From Candidatus Bipolaricaulota bacterium (lineage in GTDB: Bacteria > Bipolaricaulota > Bipolaricaulia > UBA7950 > UBA9294), in assembly GCA_040752575.1 (NCBI GenBank), contig JBFMGK010000003.1, positions 32,001 through 96,000 of the forward strand: a DNA stretch of 64,000 nucleotides, in the 5' to 3' direction. Shown piece after piece: positions 58,233 through 64,000 of the stretch (its first letter is position 1; each line of letters begins with the position of its first letter). Made by a program: the position numbers and the translations under genes. The notes beneath the pieces were generated by a model. That model was not told the origin of the DNA and searched no databases. It saw only the letters and a list, made by a program, of their open reading frames with translations.

Positions 58233-59377
58233 CGACCATGGACATCCTCTCGATGCTGCAGAGCATTCTCCAGTCAACGGGCTTCGCCAATTTCACGTGG
58301 GGCCAGCTCGTGATGATCGCCGTTAGCGGGCTCCTCATCTGGCTCGCCATCCACAAGGAGTATGAGCCGTCGCTTCTCTTGCCCATTGGGTTTGCGGGCC
58401 TCCTCGTGAACATCCCCCTCGCGGGCATCGGCGGTGCGGACGGCATCCTCGGCCAGATCTACGCCGTGGGAATCCAGACGGGCGTTTTCCCGCTCCTCAT
58501 CTTCCTCAGCATCGGGGCGATGTCGGACTTCGGCCCGATGCTCGCCCAGCCGAGAACGCTTCTCCTGGGGGCGGCGGCCCAGATCGGCATCTTCGCAACG
58601 CTCCTCGGCGCCCTGGCCCTCGGCCGGTACGCCGGCCTCGACCTCGGACTCAGGGATGCTGCGGCGATCGGCATCATCGGCGGCGCCGACGGGCCCACGG
58701 CGATCATCCTCGCTTCGCGCATGTCTCCGCGGTTTCTCGGCGCGATCGCCGTAGCGGCCTACTCCTACATGGCCATGGTGCCCATCATCCAGCCACCGAT
58801 CATGCGCGCCCTGACGACACGCAAAGAGCGCGCGGTGGTCATGCGGCAGCTGCGCGATGTATCCAAGCTCGAACGGATCCTCTTCCCCTTCCTCGTGACC
58901 GGCCTCTGCGCCCTGCTTCTTCCCGTCGCGATCCCGATCATCGGGATCTTCATGCTGGGCAACGTCCTGCGCGAGTCCGGCGTTGTGGACCGATTGTCGA
59001 AGGGCGTTCAGAACGAGCTCACCAACATCGTCACGATCTTCCTCGGCCTCGGCGTCGGCTCGAAGCTCTCGGCCGACCTTTTCCTGCGAGTCGAAACGCT
59101 CGTCGTCCTGGCACTTGGCCTCGTCGCGTTCGCCGTCGGAACTGCAGGCGGCGTCCTGATGGGCAAGCTGATGTGCAGATTCTCGCGCGATCCGGTCAAC
59201 CCGCTGATCGGCGCGGCCGGCATCTCGGCGGTTCCCATGGCGGCGCGCGTCGCGCACCGCGTCGGGCTCGAGACGGACCCCAACAACCTGCTCATCATGC
59301 ACGCGATGGGACCGAACGTTGCCGGCCAGCTCGGGTCGGCATTGGTCGCCGGCATCCTGCTTTCGCTCTTGGGGTAG
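58229..59377 (+). CDS. oadB: Na+-translocating decarboxylase beta subunit
   Basis: [36 protein letters not shown] and AMGPNVAG. Confidence 0.96.
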   Translation: MTTMDILSMLQSILQSTGFANFTWGQLVMIAVSGLLIWLAIHKEYEPSLLLPIGFAGLLVNIPLAGIGGADGILGQIYAVGIQTGVFPLLIFLSIGAMSDFGPMLAQPRTLLLGAAAQIGIFATLLGALALGRYAGLDLGLRDAAAIGIIGGADGPTAIILASRMSPRFLGAIAVAAYSYMAMVPIIQPPIMRALTTRKERAVVMRQLRDVSKLERILFPFLVTGLCALLLPVAIPIIGIFMLGNVLRESGVVDRLSKGVQNELTNIVTIFLGLGVGSKLSADLFLRVETLVVLALGLVAFAVGTAGGVLMGKLMCRFSRDPVNPLIGAAGISAVPMAARVAHRVGLETDPNNLLIMHAMGPNVAGQLGSALVAGILLSLLG

Positions 59378-59598
59378 CGCGATCCAGCGCGAGCGTGTGG
59401 CCTCTGGGCCGGGATGGGCTTGCCGCAACCGGGCCGCGCATCGGCGATGATGGGCGGCCTGATCTACGCCACCACCTGCTGGAACGCGCGATGGAGCCTG
59501 ACGTTGCCGGTAGCGTTGGCTCGGCGGGTCGCGTCGGTGTTCTCCGTGCGCTGCCTGGGTCGTCTGCGTCTCACGCCACCCCATGAGGACACGGGCCA

Positions 59599-59626
59599 TT
59601 GACAGATCGCACGTGTCGACTATAGT
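59599..59626 (+). promoter_or_regulatory. Sigma70-type promoter for the PiT/DUF47 operon
   Basis: TTGACA-N16-TATAGT. Confidence 0.7.
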
Positions 59627-59658
59627 GCGTCCATACTTCACAAGAGAGGCTGGACATC

Positions 59659-60591
59659 GTGTGGACGCTTCTGGCGGGAATCTTCATGGGATGGTCGCTC
59701 GGCGCGAATGACGCGGCGAACCTGTTCGGTCCGATCGTCGGCTGCGCGGCCATGCGTTTCTGGACCGCGGCCATCCTCGCTTCCGGCTTTGTGCTTGTGG
59801 GAGCTCTTGCCGTGGGTACGCGCGGGTTTGCTGCCTACAGCTCGATCGGAACCCAGACGCTGTTGTCGGCGTTCCTGGTCGCCGTGGCCGCGGGGCTGAC
59901 CGTGACCCTCATGACGCTGCTCGGTCTTCCGGTATCGAGTACGCAAGCCGTGGTCGGCGCGTTGATCGGCGCGGGTTTCCTCTCCGGCGGCGTGGCGTTC
60001 GGTCCGCTCGTGAAGATCCTCCTGTCGTGGATCCTGACGCCTCTGGGCGGACTGATCGCCGCCTACATTCCGTACAAGCTTCTCGTTCGGTTTCCCGGCG
60101 CATTGCCCAGCCGTTGGGTGCGTCGAGTTGCCGTCATCCGCGTCGGCCTCATCCTTGCCACGTGCTACAGCGCGTTTGCCCTCGGGGCGAACAACGTCGC
60201 CAACGTTACCGGCGTCTACGTTTCGAGCGGTCTCCTCTCACCTTCTGTCGCGGCGCTGATTGGCGCGCTCGCGATCGGTTTGGGTATTCTCACCTTCAGT
60301 CGACGCGTCATCGACACGGTGGGGAACCGCATCGTCGCGTTGGATCCGGTGACAGCGCTTCTGGTCATTCTTGCAGAAGCCGTCACGCTGAATGTCTACG
60401 CGATGATCGGCGTTCCGGTTTCCGCCTCCCAAGCCGTCGTCGGGGCTGTGCTAGGGGTCGGCTTGGTGAAAGGCGTCCGGACGATCGACGGCCGTGTCGT
60501 CCTTCGCGTCGCGTTCGGATGGGTCGGGACGCCGACGATTGCCGGACTCCTCTCGGCCGGACTCGTCGGCGTGGCGCGGCTTGTCTCGTAG
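59659..60591 (+). CDS. PiT family inorganic phosphate/anion transporter
   Basis: GANDAAN and GANNVAN repeats; PVSSTQ and PVSASQ. Confidence 0.92.
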   Translation: MWTLLAGIFMGWSLGANDAANLFGPIVGCAAMRFWTAAILASGFVLVGALAVGTRGFAAYSSIGTQTLLSAFLVAVAAGLTVTLMTLLGLPVSSTQAVVGALIGAGFLSGGVAFGPLVKILLSWILTPLGGLIAAYIPYKLLVRFPGALPSRWVRRVAVIRVGLILATCYSAFALGANNVANVTGVYVSSGLLSPSVAALIGALAIGLGILTFSRRVIDTVGNRIVALDPVTALLVILAEAVTLNVYAMIGVPVSASQAVVGAVLGVGLVKGVRTIDGRVVLRVAFGWVGTPTIAGLLSAGLVGVARLVS

Positions 60592-60631
60592 GGCGACGGG
60601 GATCGCGCGGATCTCCTGCGGGGGGGATGGG

Positions 60632-61282
60632 ATGTTCCGATTCTGGAAGCGCACAGAGGAAGTCCAAGAGCTTGTTCTTCGACACCTCGGGCACGTCCGT
60701 AACGCCGTCGAGCTCTTCGTGCAGGCGACGCGAGCCTACTTCGAGGAAGGCGATCGGGAGAAGGCGGCGCGGCTCACCGTCGAGACGCACAAGTCAGAGA
60801 GCCTGGCTGACGATGTACGACGCGAAGTGGAACGGGCGATGGTGCAAGGCGCGCTGTTGAGTCCGTCACGACGGCAGCTCTTACTGATCGTCGATCGGAT
60901 GGACACGCTTGCCAACGCGGCTCAGGCAACCCTCCACTATCTCCTGAACCAGTCGGTGGATGTGCCGAGTGCGATGCGCTCGTCGGTCCAGGAGATCCTT
61001 GCCGAGACAGAGGCCTTGTTCCAGGACGTTGACTGCGGCATCCGTTCGCTGCTTGCCGGTCACTTCTCTGAAGCGCTCGCTTGTGCGGAGCGCATCGACG
61101 ATCACGAGAGTGCGGTCGATCGCCTGCACGCACGTGCCACGCGCGAGCTGTTTGCGCTCGACATCGAGCTGGCGCGGAAGCTCCACGTGCGGGGGTACTT
61201 CGAAGCCCTTGTGGACATCAGCGACCGAGCCGAAGACCTGGCGGACCAGATGGCTCTCGTCGCGGCGGAACGAGCCGTGTAG
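60632..61282 (+). CDS. DUF47/PhoU-like phosphate transport regulator
   Basis: ESLADDVRR, ESAVD and ISDRAEDLAD; follows the PiT gene. Confidence 0.85.
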   Translation: MFRFWKRTEEVQELVLRHLGHVRNAVELFVQATRAYFEEGDREKAARLTVETHKSESLADDVRREVERAMVQGALLSPSRRQLLLIVDRMDTLANAAQATLHYLLNQSVDVPSAMRSSVQEILAETEALFQDVDCGIRSLLAGHFSEALACAERIDDHESAVDRLHARATRELFALDIELARKLHVRGYFEALVDISDRAEDLADQMALVAAERAV

Positions 61283-61304
61283 GTTCCGGAGCAGGAGGCA
61301 GCAA

Positions 61305-61985
61305 ATGGTCGAGCAGACCTTCGAAACGGACACGCTGGGCACGGCGACCGCCGAGATCGAGATCACGTTCCTTGGGCACGGATCGCTGATGTTCCGCCAA
61401 CAAGGGATGACGGTGTACGTCGATCCGTATCAGAAGGTCGCTGATTACGCTGCCTTGCCCAAAGCGGATCTCGTTCTCATCACCCACGAGCATCGCGATC
61501 ACCTGGATCCCGAAGCGCTGGCGCACGTGCGCCAGGAGTCGACGGAGGTCATCCACAGCGTATTGTGCGCGGCGCAGATTCGCGGAGGCACGCTCATGCG
61601 GAACGGAGACGTCACGGTCGTACGGGGTCTGCGTGTCGAGGCGATTCCCGCCTACAACGTCGTGCATCGCCGGGACGGCGGGGACCCCTTTCACCCTTGC
61701 GGCAACGGCAACGGGTACATCATCACCTTCGGCAACCTGCGCGTCCTTGTCGCCGGCGATACCGAGAACACGCCGGAGCTGAAAGCGGTAAGGGACATCG
61801 ACGTGGCGTTCCTGCCGATGAACCTGCCGTACACGATGACGCCGGAGATGGTGGCCGACGTCGCCCTGGCGATGCGGCCGAAGATCCTCTACCCGTACCA
61901 CTACGGATCGACCGATCCCCAAGATCTCGTCAAACGGCTGAAAGATCATCCCGAGATCGAGGTGCGGGTTCGTCGTCTTGCCTAG
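61305..61985 (+). CDS. Metallo-beta-lactamase fold hydrolase
   Basis: LGHGS, VDPY, THEHRDH, AGDT, FLPMNLPYTM and YPYHY; SD AGGAGG. Confidence 0.88.
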   Translation: MVEQTFETDTLGTATAEIEITFLGHGSLMFRQQGMTVYVDPYQKVADYAALPKADLVLITHEHRDHLDPEALAHVRQESTEVIHSVLCAAQIRGGTLMRNGDVTVVRGLRVEAIPAYNVVHRRDGGDPFHPCGNGNGYIITFGNLRVLVAGDTENTPELKAVRDIDVAFLPMNLPYTMTPEMVADVALAMRPKILYPYHYGSTDPQDLVKRLKDHPEIEVRVRRLA

Positions 61986-63094
61986 TCCGACCCGGGGACT
62001 CCCGACGCCCCGACCCGAACGCGCAATCGCCACAACCGGCGCGCGGCAAGAGCCGATGCACTGAGGAGGCACGCTGAAGTCACGGGGACGACGATCGGCC
62101 CGCCGATGTCGATCAGACGGCCGATGAGCCAGGGGAAGGTCATGCTTCCGACACACGAGGCGACTGCAATGGCGCCGAACCTGCGGCCGTTGAGCTCGAA
62201 TCGCTCGGAGTAGGCCGTGATGACGTTAGGGTAGATCGGACCCACGGCGATCCCGAACCCGACCGCGCCGATCCACGCCGCCGCGAGCGCGTGCGATCCT
62301 GCGGCGAGGGTCGCAAGGGAGGCGAGACCCGCGACGTAGGCCGCGCCGAGGATCCTCTGCGGCGCCCAACGGCGCGCGGCCAGGATGCCGGCGAGGCGCG
62401 ACAAGCTGAACCCGGCCCAGAAGGCGCCGGTCACACCCGTCGCGGTCGCGCCATGTTGCAGGTTGACGTACTCGTACAACCAACTGGCGAGACCGATCTC
62501 GGCGCCGACGTAGAGGACGAGCACGGCGAGGGCGGCGACAAAGGCGCGCCCGAGACGGTCAGCCTGCGTGTGGGCACCCGAAGAGGGTTGCGCCGCCGCC
62601 CCGCTTCCTGAGTGCCCGAGGGAGAAGTACGCTACGGCAAGGAGCGCGTACGCGCCGGCGAGAACCACGTAGGCCCATGTTTCTCGTCCAGGACCCCACG
62701 CGGCGACAAGAGAGGGCGCGGCGAGACCTCCAATGCCGTAGCAGAAATGGATGGCGCTGATGTACGGTGCCGCGCGCGAGCGGTGCGTTCGCAGGAGCAT
62801 CGTGCTGACGCCGACATCGGCGCCGGCTGTCGCGAAGCCCAGCGGGACGACGAGCAGCATCAGGGCAGCGAGCGAACGAGCCCAGGGCAGCCAGGCGAGG
62901 GCGCCGGCGACAACGAGGCTTGCCGCGGCCAGACCGCGGTGAATGGCGATACGATCCATCCAGCGCGTGCTGGCGAAGGATCCGACGAGGTAGCCGAGCG
63001 ATCGCGTCGCGAGGATGACGCCGACGGCGGACAGCCCGACACCGACCTGGGTCGCGAACGGTCCCAACGTCGGACCGACGGCCCCGCCGAGCAT
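61982..63094 (-). CDS. MFS transporter (fucose permease-like); true start probably upstream
   Basis: Many TM helices; HFCYGIGGLAAP, LYVGAE and FW.GF...R motifs. Confidence 0.82.
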   Translation of the reverse strand: MLGGAVGPTLGPFATQVGVGLSAVGVILATRSLGYLVGSFASTRWMDRIAIHRGLAAASLVVAGALAWLPWARSLAALMLLVVPLGFATAGADVGVSTMLLRTHRSRAAPYISAIHFCYGIGGLAAPSLVAAWGPGRETWAYVVLAGAYALLAVAYFSLGHSGSGAAAQPSSGAHTQADRLGRAFVAALAVLVLYVGAEIGLASWLYEYVNLQHGATATGVTGAFWAGFSLSRLAGILAARRWAPQRILGAAYVAGLASLATLAAGSHALAAAWIGAVGFGIAVGPIYPNVITAYSERFELNGRRFGAIAVASCVGSMTFPWLIGRLIDIGGPIVVPVTSACLLSASALAARRLWRLRVRVGASGVPGSD

Positions 63095-63167
63095 GCCGAC
63101 GAGAACCTGCGAAGCGAAGTAGACCCCTGTCGCGTAGAGGACGGCCCCCCGGGTCGACGCCGCTGGC

Positions 63168-64000
63168 CTAGAGCTTTCGGAGCCGTTCGGCGACGTAGGT
63201 CTCCACCTCGCGTAGTGCGATGCGCGTCTGCTCTGTCGTGTCGCGGTCGCGAATCGTCACCGTACCGTCCTCGGAGGTCTGGTGGTCGATCGTCACGCAG
63301 AAGGGCGTTCCCGACTCGTCTTGGCGCCGATACCGCTTGCCGATCGATCCCTTCTCGTCATAGAAGACGTTCCAGCGCTGTTTGAGCGAGCGGTACAGCT
63401 CGGCGGCCGTCTCGGGCTGGCCGTCCTTTTTGACCAAAGGGAACACCGCAACCTTGACCGGAGCCAGGCGCGGGTGGAGGTGCAGGACGACGCGCTCCTG
63501 CGGGACTCCCTTCTCGTCGGGAATCGAGTCTTCGTCGTAGGCCTCGCACAAGAAGGCCAGCGCGGCGCGGTCGGCGCCCGCCGACGGCTCAATGACGTGG
63601 GGGATGAACTTGCGTTGCGTCACTTCGTCGAAGTAGGAGAGGTCCTTACCGCTTCCTGAGTGCCGGGGCGTTCCCGTCGCATCCCTTTCGACGACGAGAG
63701 CGTCGCCCTCCTTCACGAGCTTGCCCTCCATGTGGCTGCGCAGATCGAAGTCGCTGCGGTGCGATACGCCCTCCAACTCGCCGTAGTCGCCTTCGGCACA
63801 GAAGGGGAATGCATACTCGATGTCGGCCGTGCCGCAGGAGTAGTGGGCGCGTTCCTCGGGTGTATGCTCGCGCAGGCGCAGACGGTTGCTCGCCAGGCCG
63901 AGCGACGTGTACCAGGCCATGCGCCGATCGCGCCAGTACTGGTACCAGGTGGGTGATTCCTCGGGGGCGCAGAAGAACTCGATCTCCATCTGCTCGAACT
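63168..64000 (-). CDS. glyQS: Glycine--tRNA ligase, homodimeric alpha2 type (5' end outside the window)
   Basis: FEQMEIEFF, AHYS, ELEGVSHR.DFDL, PHVIEPSAGADR and anticodon-binding GSIGKRYRRQDE.GTPF. Confidence 0.95.
   Translation of the reverse strand, partial: FEQMEIEFFCAPEESPTWYQYWRDRRMAWYTSLGLASNRLRLREHTPEERAHYSCGTADIEYAFPFCAEGDYGELEGVSHRSDFDLRSHMEGKLVKEGDALVVERDATGTPRHSGSGKDLSYFDEVTQRKFIPHVIEPSAGADRAALAFLCEAYDEDSIPDEKGVPQERVVLHLHPRLAPVKVAVFPLVKKDGQPETAAELYRSLKQRWNVFYDEKGSIGKRYRRQDESGTPFCVTIDHQTSEDGTVTIRDRDTTEQTRIALREVETYVAERLRKL

Noticed and set aside
59414..59602. 62-aa ORF between oadB and the PiT gene, possibly a transporter fragment
   Set aside because: It is too short and lacks motifs, so it cannot be supported.

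Overview
GC-rich bacterial chromosome segment that spans the probable replication origin (dnaA flanked on both sides by DnaA-box clusters). The gene content points to an anaerobe with sodium bioenergetics. A Bipolaricaulota (Acetothermia/OP1)-like lineage is my guess from gene repertoire and style; I cannot verify it. Contents in order: a TldD/PmbA pair; an OmpR-type two-component system; a metal ABC ATPase and permease; GNAT and ThiF proteins; a eukaryote-like LKR/SDH saccharopine gene pair; 9 tRNA genes in three loci; a Na+-type F1Fo operon (atpIBEFHAGD) with no atpC; uvrC, lysS, greA, rnpA, xseAB, trxB and rarA; dnaA-hslVU-thrS; metK; a LarA homolog; a DOMON protein with a small di-His membrane partner; a 12-gene PerR-headed oxidative-stress cluster that includes mutM and a 2-oxoacid:ferredoxin oxidoreductase; a decayed intergenic patch with a Fic remnant; birA-oadGAB; PiT/DUF47; an MBL hydrolase; an MFS transporter; and the 3' part of a homodimeric GlyRS. 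I saw no CRISPR array, rRNA or intact mobile element. Most interesting: the possible split DOMON/half-cytochrome-b module, the epsilon-less Na+ ATP synthase operon, the PerR operon with its own electron donor and DNA repair gene, the AASS-like saccharopine pair, and recurrent leaderless-type promoters. All assignments come from motif recognition by eye; no searches were run.
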